A stretch of DNA of 64,000 nt from Pseudomonadota bacterium. Lineage in GTDB: Bacteria > Pseudomonadota > Alphaproteobacteria > GCA-2746255. The translations under genes and the position numbers were made by a program. The stretch lies in NCBI GenBank assembly GCA_040752895.1, contig JBFMHN010000005.1:139626-203625 (forward strand), in the 5' to 3' direction. Every line of letters begins with the position of its first letter. Position 1 is the first letter of the stretch. The notes under the pieces are model-generated. The model worked only from the letters and a program-made list of their open reading frames with translations. It did no database searches and was not told where the DNA came from. This document shows, one piece after another, positions 45,980-54,561 of the stretch.

Positions 45980-46456
45980 TCATCGGCAGCTATAGCGCTT
46001 GATGGGTCGATCCGACCGCAACTCACCAGAAGGAGTCCTCCAGTCGTTGATCTGTCCTGTGACCGCATCAATGATGCGATCGCTGTTCCATCCAACCACC
46101 GCATCGGCATATTTATCGAGTGCGTCTGGTACATCACACTCGGCGGCACCATGCGCCCAAACGCCGACAATGCGCTTTTCCGCTTTGTGGGCGTACTCGA
46201 TTTCCCAATCGACCCAGGGACTGTTACGAGTCTGCGGGGAGATATAGACGATCATGGTCCCAGCCCAGCGAATGCGCGGGGCTAGGATTTCGGACTTGAT
46301 GTAGTCGGGATTGGACGCGTCATTCGGCTTCTCAGCGTTGATGGACCCGTCCCGTATACTGAAGCCCTTATTCCCGAGAAGCTCCTTCAGCTTCCCCAGC
46401 CCTTCGTCGTCCTCATGAACGTGGCTGATGAAGACGTTTCGGGTTTCCTCGGTCAT
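45980..46456 (-). CDS. TIR-like domain protein (DUF1863 / Thoeris ThsB-like)
   Basis: N-terminal VFISHVHEDDEGLGKLKELL and later SPWVDWEIEYA match the bacterial TIR_2 pattern. Confidence 0.6.
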   Translation of the reverse strand: MTEETRNVFISHVHEDDEGLGKLKELLGNKGFSIRDGSINAEKPNDASNPDYIKSEILAPRIRWAGTMIVYISPQTRNSPWVDWEIEYAHKAEKRIVGVWAHGAAECDVPDALDKYADAVVGWNSDRIIDAVTGQINDWRTPSGELRSDRPIKRYSCR

Positions 46457-46560
46457 CGAGAATCTCCTCTATCGTTTCGTCCCATCCGTAGGGTGCCCAA
46501 CTCGGGGCAAGTCATCCTACCGTCTGCGACGTGTTGACCAGTCATTGATTTCTCGCTCAC

Positions 46561-47220
46561 TTAATCCGTCATGACCAAACGGCGCATGTGGTTGCGGTAG
46601 CTGATCAGGCGCTGGTTGACCCTTTCCATATCGGCCTTCAGTTCGTCGTATTTCGGAAACTTTTGTTGAATCTCCTGTGGATCGATCACCAGATCGCCGC
46701 TGGTCTTGTTCAGCTCGTTCTCATACCAACGGCGGAATCGCGCTTGCCACATCGTCAGGTGAGGCCGTAGCCCCTCGTTCAGAACCTCGATCGATAGCTT
46801 GATAATCTTCTGGGTGCTGCTGTGCCGCACCTTGTTGACGGGGACCGATTTTACGAGGTCCCGAGTGACGGCGAAGAATTCGTACCAACTGTTATAGATT
46901 TCAGCGATGACGTCATGGTCGAAATCGATCGGCAATCCAATTTTCCGTGTGCTCAGCTCCACCCATATTGCATAAGCTACCTGGCGATCCGTCATGTTTG
47001 GTTTGAGTCGAAGCTTGCCGGTGCCCGTTCCTATCTCGGCTTGGTCGATCTCGAAATCCTTCCAGCTGGAGCCACCAGAAAACCAACGCCAGCCAGCATA
47101 GACGAGAACCGCCACCAAGAGCGCGATACCAACCCAGAAGCTGACTTGGATCGATACCGACCAGTCCGAAAGGAGCCGTACGGACAAGAGGTCGATATTC
47201 GATTGGCTTGTGGTGTCCAT
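46561..47220 (-). CDS. membrane-anchored uncharacterized protein (single N-terminal TM plus ~170 aa cytoplasmic domain)
   Basis: TM VSFWVGIALLVAVLVYAGWRWF. Begins 5 nt after the upstream TIR gene's stop. Low GC. Confidence 0.45.
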   Translation of the reverse strand: MDTTSQSNIDLLSVRLLSDWSVSIQVSFWVGIALLVAVLVYAGWRWFSGGSSWKDFEIDQAEIGTGTGKLRLKPNMTDRQVAYAIWVELSTRKIGLPIDFDHDVIAEIYNSWYEFFAVTRDLVKSVPVNKVRHSSTQKIIKLSIEVLNEGLRPHLTMWQARFRRWYENELNKTSGDLVIDPQEIQQKFPKYDELKADMERVNQRLISYRNHMRRLVMTD

Positions 47221-47224
47221 CGAA

Positions 47225-47779
47225 TCACTCGCACTGCCGGTTGTACGTGAAGCGATCTCTGGGATTTTCGATCAAATGGGCATGTGTCGTTCGCCGCTGA
47301 AACGCCGCCTCGATGGCCTGCCATAGCTCGTCCGACGATTGCGGGTAGGCCATCCAACGGGCGAAGCAATCGCTTCCGGCAGCCTTCTTTTCAGGGGTCA
47401 GCAGATTCCTGTTCAGGCGATCCGGAAAGGCGCCATCCTCGGGGAAGGCAGGCATCTTGATGGCAAGCAACCCATTGGCAAGCCCGTTCTGCGGCGCCCG
47501 CAGCGATGCCTGGATTTCCCAGTCGACGTAGCGCCTCGCCCATGTGCATCTGCCCAGCATCACCAGCGTCACAGTCGAGTCGCGAATGTAAAGTTCGCGG
47601 ATGCGTCGCATGACGTACTCGGGGTCAGTGCTGTCAATGATGTCCTGAGCCATTGTCTGCCCTAGTCCGCGAGCAATGAACAGATTCTGCCCGTGATCAA
47701 ATGTGTTAACAAAGCGATCAACCCACGGCTGGTCGGCATGGTGATATGAGACGAAGCATTTGCGTCTCGTTGCATTCAT
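47225..47779 (-). CDS. TIR-like domain protein (DUF1863 / ThsB-like), second copy
   Basis: KCFVSYHHADQPWVDRFVNTF and RRYVDWEIQASL are classic TIR_2 motifs. Confidence 0.65.
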   Translation of the reverse strand: MNATRRKCFVSYHHADQPWVDRFVNTFDHGQNLFIARGLGQTMAQDIIDSTDPEYVMRRIRELYIRDSTVTLVMLGRCTWARRYVDWEIQASLRAPQNGLANGLLAIKMPAFPEDGAFPDRLNRNLLTPEKKAAGSDCFARWMAYPQSSDELWQAIEAAFQRRTTHAHLIENPRDRFTYNRQCE

Positions 47780-47797
47780 GGCTGACCCCAGAGATGC

Positions 47798-50560
47798 CTA
47801 TTCCACCTTTACCGCATCGGCGAGGCCGAGTTCCTGCAGGACCTGCCGAATCTCGTTCGCAAGGCCGGTCGCGGAATCGGCAGAGACAGTGACCGAGAAC
47901 TCGAGTCCGATCCTGAGTTCCGAGCCGGAGCGGAGCTTTGGCAGAATCTTCGTACCAAGGCGGTTCCAGACCTCCGGGGGGACGGCGCCCACAACGCGGA
48001 GTGTCCGTGTTGAAGTTGCGGGCTCGGGGGCGGGGCCAAGCGTGGGACCAGGTTCCGAAACGGGCGGGACCGTGGGGCCCGGCTCGGGCTCCGGACTTGG
48101 GGTGGGCATCGCTGGCTTCCCGGCCCTGAGCGCTTCCGCCGTGCTCTTCCTCAACAGGAACACTCCGGCGTCGAAAGCGACCTCGTCAGACGCAACCGCC
48201 TCCTGGAACCAGATCCGCTCGTACGTGCCGTCGGCCTTCTTGCCCGATGCCAAGCCGAAATCGCCGCGTGTCACGAACTCGACGATCTTGGACTTCAAAG
48301 TGGCGTCGGGATCGACGAGCCGAGTCAGCGAGCCATTGAGAAAGCTCTGTCGAAGGCTCGCAAGGGGCCAGGCGCCCGAGTCCTTCAGCGCCGGTGGCCA
48401 GTTGCGCTCGATGTATCCAGCGCCGACCGACTCGTTCAGGAGCGCTTCGGACTTGAGGGCGGCGATGACGCGCCCGCAAAGCGTCTCGCCGCTTGACGAA
48501 TGTCCCGCACCGAGGTCGATCACCTTGAGCCCATCCGCTTCCTGGCCGTCGGCAAGGATGGCGAAGCGGTAGCCGCCCCAGACCTCGTCCTTGGCGGCCT
48601 CTTCCGCGTCTTTGACCTTCGACTGGAGTTCCGCCCGGTCATTGCGGTCGAACTCCCCGCCCAGCGTGCCATCGGCCACCTCGCGCGCGACCCGCCTCCA
48701 TGCGAGCGCGAGCTCCACCTTCTCGCGCAGATCCCGCCCTGGCTTCTTGAGGCACCACACGAGCGCACCCGGATAGAGTCGGGGCGACTTGCCGCGGCTT
48801 CGAGTCCACTCGGCGATCTGGGTGCGGAGCGAGCCGGTGCCGGACCATTCCGTTTCGGGATCGGCTGCGACGAGCGTCAATCTGGGCGTGTCAGGAATCT
48901 CCGCGCCGTCGCGCGGGAAGGGGACGACAGGGATGCTGGCGCCACGCCGGAACTCGTCCTCGACGAGCTTCCGCATGGCGGGTTTGACCTCTGTCTCATG
49001 GTCAAGGGACGCCCGACGGTCGCTCACAACCTTCTTCATCGTCGGCTGATAGCCGATCCGGAATCCGTCCGTCCCCACCTTGCGCAGGAAGTAGGAGCGG
49101 TCTTCAAGCGCGAAGGCGGCATTATCGATGGTCGTCGTATCCAGCTCCGGCTCGCCGAGCGCGAAGCGGAGCTCCGGGAGATGCGCGACCTTGTCGGTCT
49201 GCCCGCCCGACGATTCGAACAAGATCGCGGTGCCAACCCGCTTGTGAATGTCGCGGAGCGGTCCCTTGGTATCGGCGTCGAGCGCCCTCGCATGAGCCTG
49301 CTCGCCGGCGATATCTGTGTCGATCGCAGCGACGAGGCGGGACTCGCCGAGCTGGCCCAGCACGACGCTGCGGAAGCCCGGCTCGGCCAGCGGTGCCGAC
49401 CCGAGCGTGATCAACGGCTCGGTGCGCGCCTTGCGGAACGCGTCCTGGGCCGCCAGCGATATCCACTGGGCCAGCATCGCGAGCGTGCCGCGCGTCTGCT
49501 GGTACTGCGGCAGCGGCTGCCATTTCCGTTGGAAGACTGACAGCGTCGCCGGATGGAACGGGTAACACGTCTCGAAGCGGCGCTGGAGGAACTCGCGCGC
49601 CTTGGCCTCGGTCGCCGCGGAATCCACCGCTGTCCACTCGGGCGGGAGCTGGGCGCGCCGCTCGAAGCACCAGTCGCCAAAGGCCCGCGCGACGCTCTTG
49701 CGGATCCTTTCGCTGCCAAGGTCCTGGAACAGCCGCCGGCGCACGACCTCGCTGATCTCGGTCTCGTCGTTGGCGATCAGGTCCTTGGCGACGCGGCGCA
49801 CCACCTTCGAAATCTTGTCCTGCCACTCCTGATCCCACTCGGTCATCTCCACCTGGCTGCGGGGAAGGGAAATCACGCATGCGCCGTGCGTAGTCCCCGT
49901 CGTGGCGACGGTCAGGTTCTGAATGAACGCATGGAATGAATCAGCGCTGCCCCGGTGGCGATTGAGGAAGTTTAGGACCTCGTCGAATAGCAGAAGCACA
50001 GGTGCCCCGGCGGCCTGGAAGACCCGCGCGATCGCGTCGGTGCCCGGCGGCGTGGTTTTCGCCGAAGGACCCAGCGCCTCGACGCCCTTGTCTCCGGCGA
50101 GCTGGCGAGCGATGTCGATCCACGGCGTCTCACGCCCCTCGCGCGGATCCCATGCGTTGCCGACAAAGACCGCGACCTTCCCTTTGGGCACGGTTGCGAC
50201 GCCCGCCTCCCGCACAAGATCGGCCACGCCCGAATAGCCCGCTGCCGCCTCGCCATTGCTTACGAGGTGGTAGAGCGTCGTGAGCGTATGCGTCTTGCCG
50301 CCACCGAACTGGGTGATCAGCGTGAGCACCGGCGCGGTATTCTCGGTCTTTCCTGAGAGCCGCCGAAGCACCATTCCTGCATGCTCGCGCAACGCCCTGG
50401 TGAAGCAGGTGCGGGCGAAGAACTGGTCGGGCTTCCGGTAATCCTCCGGCGCCGTCCCGGCCACGACCTGCTCAAGCGCGATGGCGAACTCGTCGGGGTT
50501 AAACGACCGGCCTTCGCGGACTTCCTTGCGCGGCGTCGCGACCTTGTACCAAGGTTCCAT
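47798..50560 (-). CDS. DUF499 family ATPase (COG1483-like), defense-associated
   Basis: 920 aa. P-loop ITQFGGGKTHTL and Walker B LLLFDEVLNF. The protein-level assignment to the DUF499 family rests mainly on the P-loop context and the adjacent DUF1156 partner. Confidence 0.6.
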   Translation of the reverse strand: MEPWYKVATPRKEVREGRSFNPDEFAIALEQVVAGTAPEDYRKPDQFFARTCFTRALREHAGMVLRRLSGKTENTAPVLTLITQFGGGKTHTLTTLYHLVSNGEAAAGYSGVADLVREAGVATVPKGKVAVFVGNAWDPREGRETPWIDIARQLAGDKGVEALGPSAKTTPPGTDAIARVFQAAGAPVLLLFDEVLNFLNRHRGSADSFHAFIQNLTVATTGTTHGACVISLPRSQVEMTEWDQEWQDKISKVVRRVAKDLIANDETEISEVVRRRLFQDLGSERIRKSVARAFGDWCFERRAQLPPEWTAVDSAATEAKAREFLQRRFETCYPFHPATLSVFQRKWQPLPQYQQTRGTLAMLAQWISLAAQDAFRKARTEPLITLGSAPLAEPGFRSVVLGQLGESRLVAAIDTDIAGEQAHARALDADTKGPLRDIHKRVGTAILFESSGGQTDKVAHLPELRFALGEPELDTTTIDNAAFALEDRSYFLRKVGTDGFRIGYQPTMKKVVSDRRASLDHETEVKPAMRKLVEDEFRRGASIPVVPFPRDGAEIPDTPRLTLVAADPETEWSGTGSLRTQIAEWTRSRGKSPRLYPGALVWCLKKPGRDLREKVELALAWRRVAREVADGTLGGEFDRNDRAELQSKVKDAEEAAKDEVWGGYRFAILADGQEADGLKVIDLGAGHSSSGETLCGRVIAALKSEALLNESVGAGYIERNWPPALKDSGAWPLASLRQSFLNGSLTRLVDPDATLKSKIVEFVTRGDFGLASGKKADGTYERIWFQEAVASDEVAFDAGVFLLRKSTAEALRAGKPAMPTPSPEPEPGPTVPPVSEPGPTLGPAPEPATSTRTLRVVGAVPPEVWNRLGTKILPKLRSGSELRIGLEFSVTVSADSATGLANEIRQVLQELGLADAVKVE

Positions 50561-50573
50561 TGCGATCCCCCTC

Positions 50574-51533
50574 CTACGGTCTCTGCAGGCGCGCGAACAG
50601 GTCGGTCGCCGTTCTCTTCAATCGGGCCAAATTGGCGTAAGCCACGGGCTCAAACCCGCGACCGCCCGCGTACATCCGGTAGCGGATGCCGTCGGTCACG
50701 ATCACATCGCGCGGAATCCCGAGCGCCTCCACATACCCCTTCCCCTGTTCCAGCGCGCCTTCAACGCCCGCACCCAGGCGTTTGGCTTCGATCACGAGAT
50801 GACAGTTTTCCGGCGTGCGCGGCAGGGCCCGAAATACCGCGACGTCGATGTAGCGCCACTTGACGGCAATCCGCTCCGGCGGCCAGCCGAGCGCGCGCAA
50901 AAAAGGCACGATGAAATGGGCGATCAGCTCGTCCTCGCTCGGAGGTTCGCCAAAGGCCTGGGAATCCTGGAACAGCGGGACGAGATCGGCGGCCTGAGCC
51001 ACGATTCCCCGCAGCCCGTCAGGCACTTCATCGATCGGCGGTTCCTCGGCTGGAAGCTCAGGCAACGGTGCCGTTTGCCAATGCGTCGGCGGGGATTTGA
51101 TGAAGCGCTCCGTGAAATCGATCACGTCCTGGCTCCACACCCGCGAGCAGCGCGGCGGATTGGCGCCGAAGGCCTGGCCCGCGAACGTATGCGGCTCGGG
51201 GAGGCGGCACCAGCGCACCCGCCGGCCGTGTTGCAGGTCCCAGCCGTTCACGTCGTCGAACGCGTTCAGGTACAAGTAATCGCTGGCCACGAGACCGACC
51301 GCCGCGATCGTCGCAAGACCCGTGCGCAGCAGGATCGCATCTCCTACCGTGACTTCGCTTGCGAAGCGCCGTACGAAGCCGCCCTCGAACTCGTTATCGT
51401 CGCGTTCGGGTTTCCAGGCCCCTGCATCGCCCGGGCCGATCAACACGACGCCGTGCTTGAGCAGAACGTCGGCATAGGACCGCGATGCCGGCCCGGCCGA
51501 GACTTGCCACACTGTCCGAGCAGAGACGGTCAT
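50574..51533 (-). CDS. PD-(D/E)xK nuclease-like protein
   Basis: C-terminal HLVIEAKRLG (ExK) with an upstream acidic residue context. ATG at MTVSARTVWQ forms a 4-6 nt overlap with the stop of the upstream DUF1156 gene. Confidence 0.45.
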   Translation of the reverse strand: MTVSARTVWQVSAGPASRSYADVLLKHGVVLIGPGDAGAWKPERDDNEFEGGFVRRFASEVTVGDAILLRTGLATIAAVGLVASDYLYLNAFDDVNGWDLQHGRRVRWCRLPEPHTFAGQAFGANPPRCSRVWSQDVIDFTERFIKSPPTHWQTAPLPELPAEEPPIDEVPDGLRGIVAQAADLVPLFQDSQAFGEPPSEDELIAHFIVPFLRALGWPPERIAVKWRYIDVAVFRALPRTPENCHLVIEAKRLGAGVEGALEQGKGYVEALGIPRDVIVTDGIRYRMYAGGRGFEPVAYANLARLKRTATDLFARLQRP

Positions 51534-51537
51534 CGGT

Positions 51538-54500
51538 TCACCTCGGCACCGCGAGAAGCATCGCGTCGAGGAGGCGCTTCTCCTCGCTGCCCCTCGGGTA
51601 GAGAGCGGAGAGGGCATTGGCGAGCCGCAGGAAGTCCGGGCTGCGCTCCTGCTCGGCCTTCAGCAGCGCACGCAGCGCATTGGTGCGGCCGCCCGCCTGG
51701 AGCAGCATGGCCGCGTGGATGCGGTCGAGGGTCGTGGCCTCCCGCGCAGAAGCCAAGCTTTCTTCCGAGACGTCGACGGCCATGCGCCCGCTGCGGCCCC
51801 GTGCGCCGCGGCCGCGCACTTTCGGAGCCGCCTCCATTTCGGGGAACAGCATGCCCTGAAGGGGATTGACGCCAGTCGAGGTTCCCAGCTCGAGCTGAGT
51901 GGCAACCGCCTGGGCGCCTTCGTCGCCGAAGAGCTGCTTCGCCCGCTCGGCGATGGGCAGCAGGCGCACGACGCCCTTCTTCGTCTCGATGACGCGGCCT
52001 TCCCACTTGGGCAAGTCGATTCCGAGCGGCTGGGCAAAGCGACGAACCACGTCGAAGACCAGCGTGAAGCCCTTCGCCTTGCCGCGTGACGCGCCTTCTT
52101 CGTCCTCCTCGTCGTCCGCCGCCTCCTCGTCCTTGCCGTCGTCGCTTGCGTTCTCCGCTACTTCGCCGTTCGTGCTCTGTAGCGTCCAGAGGAACAGCGC
52201 CGTGAGCCGCGCGTCCTCTTCTACGGCGCCGGCCGCACCGTTGCGCGCGCGCGCTTCGGCGGTGCCGAGCACCTGGCCGAGCGCGCTCCGACCCACGACC
52301 TCCCACACCTTCTCCAGGTACTCGGCGAGCGCAACCTCGCGCCCGTCGGCCGTTTCGACTTTGGCATAACGACTGAAGATTTCGAGCGCCGGTCCGATGC
52401 AAGCGAAGACGAGGTCGGCGCCACGGACGCCCTCGCCCTGCAGGTGCTCCATCCAGTCGCCAACGCGCTTCGGCAGCTCTCGCAGAACGTCGGCCCAGTC
52501 GCCGATCGGCGCGTCGTCGGGACGCGGGCGGCAGATGAGATGGACGCTGGTTGCGAGGGCGGCGGACTCTCTCGCGCGCAATCGAGAGCCCATTTCTGTT
52601 GCAATTGGCCACGACCCGGTGATTGTCCAACCGCCACGGATCATGCCGGAGAGCAGCGCTTCCCAGCCCTCCGTCGTCTTATGAGCAAAAACGACTGAAC
52701 CGACACCGTCTTCGCACAGTACTCGGCGACCCTCGCCAAAGGCGCGCCCCATAGCGGTTTCGAAAAAAGCCTTTGTCTTTGGCTGGCCATCCTCGGCTTC
52801 ATACCGCTCATCTTGCACGATTTCTTGACGTTTCGGCGTAAGTGGATTCGCCGCGTCAAACGGATCACGAAGGGCGTTCCGCTGAGCGAGAGACCGCTTG
52901 AGCCAGACAAAGAAAAAATCCGCCAATTCCGCGTAGCCAATCGCATCATAGTATGGCGGGTCGGTAAACCAGACCTGACAAGACGCGTCGGGTAACGGCG
53001 ACCTTGTGGCATCCGCGACTTGGACCTGTGCGGTTGAGCTGGTTGGAAAGTAACATTGGGAAATAGTATGACCGCTTCTTTCAACTGAGCTGTCGAAACT
53101 TCCGCTGGAGGACTCAGTAAGAACCGCCTCAGCGTAATCCCAAACCATTGAAATGGCTTGGCGCGCAAAGAGATTTACTGGACACTCAGCATCAAGTTTC
53201 CACCGAACAAATGAATTTCCAAGGTCGATCGATTTGTTAAGGCACAGCGCCATCAAATCTTGCAGTGCTGGTTGCTCTTCCAGTGTTGAGCATATTGTCT
53301 TCGCAAGGGCATGCGCGGTGGCGAGCTGTCGCGGGTTTAGCAAGTCCTTCCACTGCTTGACTCCGTAGTTGGGCACCCTAAAGCAGTTTGTATTTCTCGG
53401 CGGCAACGGTTCATCCGGCACCGGACAGAGACCCTGCTTCCCGTTGCGTTCCCATTCGTCGAGTAGCTTCGCCACGTGCACACGCGCCTTGCGCACCGCC
53501 TCGTAATCGCGCTCAGTCGGCAGCCGATAGTGCCGACCGGTCTCGCCCGGCTTTAGCGTCACCACCGCAAGCATCCGTGCTCCTGCCGAGCGTTGACCCT
53601 TCTCGTCGAACACCACGTCTGCACCGCCGCGCTGGGTGGAAAGTTGTGCTCGTACTCGCTCGGGTGGCAGGACCGCACCGCAGGAGATGCAGGTCGCCTT
53701 GGCGCGAGTCACGGTGCCGCCCGGCACATCCTTCTCAGTCTTCGGCTCGAAGACCTGGAACTCGACGCGTGGCGGCTGGCCCTGTGAACGTTCGACCCGG
53801 TGGCGGAGCGCTCGCTTGCGGCTCGCCTTTTTGCTGAGCCAGAACGAACGCGCGAGCGGAATTTCGGCGCCGCAGTTGGGCGACTCGCAGCGTACGGTGC
53901 GCACCCAGAGATAGGCGATCGGCACCGCACCATCCGGGTCCTTCGGATAGAAGCCGGCGAGTTCCTTTTCCGCCTTCTTCTTGATCTCCGCGCCGATGAG
54001 GCGAAGCTCTTCTGCGAGCTTCGGGCCATGGCGCGGGATGTCCTCTAGCATCACTTTCAGGATCAAACAGGCGACGGGGTTGAGATCGCTCGCGAAGGCC
54101 TCGCAGCCCACCCGCAGCGCTTCCAGAGGGATCGAGCCGCCACCGGCGAACGGGTCCACGACCAGTGGCGGCTCTTCCCCATGCGCCGCCTTCACCAGCG
54201 CGCGGCTGACATCGAGATAGGTGCGGTTGGACGCGAGATCCCAGTTCGCAAAGTCGGCGACGAATTTGAGCAACGCCTTGCGCAGGTCCTCGTCCGTTGT
54301 GCCTGGATTGCAACCTGCGACCTGCCGCAGGAGCTTTTGCGCCTGCTCCTTGAACTCACGCGGACACAGTGGATCGCACGGATCGGGCCAGAGGAGACCG
54401 AGCAGGACCGCCCGGCTCGACGCCAATGGCCGCCGCGCCCACCAAAGATGGAGCGTGCTCGGGTGCCCATGACGGATCGACTTCTCCCGTGCCGCGTGCC

Positions 54501-54561
54501 GCGACACTTCGGCGATCGGGAAATCCACTTCGGCAAGACGCTTGCAGTCTTTGGGGATCAT
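51538..54561 (-). CDS. DUF1156 family (COG1743) adenine-specific DNA methyltransferase
   Basis: N-terminal MIPKDCKRLAEVDFPIAEVSRHAAREKSIRHGHPSTLHLWWARRPLA is the DUF1156 signature. Downstream motif I VVDPFAGGGSIPLEA and later TDPPYYD (motif IV). Confidence 0.8.
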   Translation of the reverse strand: MIPKDCKRLAEVDFPIAEVSRHAAREKSIRHGHPSTLHLWWARRPLASSRAVLLGLLWPDPCDPLCPREFKEQAQKLLRQVAGCNPGTTDEDLRKALLKFVADFANWDLASNRTYLDVSRALVKAAHGEEPPLVVDPFAGGGSIPLEALRVGCEAFASDLNPVACLILKVMLEDIPRHGPKLAEELRLIGAEIKKKAEKELAGFYPKDPDGAVPIAYLWVRTVRCESPNCGAEIPLARSFWLSKKASRKRALRHRVERSQGQPPRVEFQVFEPKTEKDVPGGTVTRAKATCISCGAVLPPERVRAQLSTQRGGADVVFDEKGQRSAGARMLAVVTLKPGETGRHYRLPTERDYEAVRKARVHVAKLLDEWERNGKQGLCPVPDEPLPPRNTNCFRVPNYGVKQWKDLLNPRQLATAHALAKTICSTLEEQPALQDLMALCLNKSIDLGNSFVRWKLDAECPVNLFARQAISMVWDYAEAVLTESSSGSFDSSVERSGHTISQCYFPTSSTAQVQVADATRSPLPDASCQVWFTDPPYYDAIGYAELADFFFVWLKRSLAQRNALRDPFDAANPLTPKRQEIVQDERYEAEDGQPKTKAFFETAMGRAFGEGRRVLCEDGVGSVVFAHKTTEGWEALLSGMIRGGWTITGSWPIATEMGSRLRARESAALATSVHLICRPRPDDAPIGDWADVLRELPKRVGDWMEHLQGEGVRGADLVFACIGPALEIFSRYAKVETADGREVALAEYLEKVWEVVGRSALGQVLGTAEARARNGAAGAVEEDARLTALFLWTLQSTNGEVAENASDDGKDEEAADDEEDEEGASRGKAKGFTLVFDVVRRFAQPLGIDLPKWEGRVIETKKGVVRLLPIAERAKQLFGDEGAQAVATQLELGTSTGVNPLQGMLFPEMEAAPKVRGRGARGRSGRMAVDVSEESLASAREATTLDRIHAAMLLQAGGRTNALRALLKAEQERSPDFLRLANALSALYPRGSEEKRLLDAMLLAVPR

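Noticed and set aside
45358-46170. 270 aa ATG-initiated version of the Cys/His-rich protein
   Set aside because: Its first ~65 codons overlap the TIR-like gene in another frame. A GTG start 10 nt after the TIR stop gives a non-overlapping gene, so the shorter version was annotated. Start remains uncertain.
51530-52630. 366 aa minus-strand ORF (Arg/Gly-rich) and plus-strand ORFs 54369-55742, 55767-56810, 58041-59054
   Set aside because: Off-frame or antisense to the DUF1156, SNF2 and WYL genes. No motifs, extreme Arg/Gly/Ala content.
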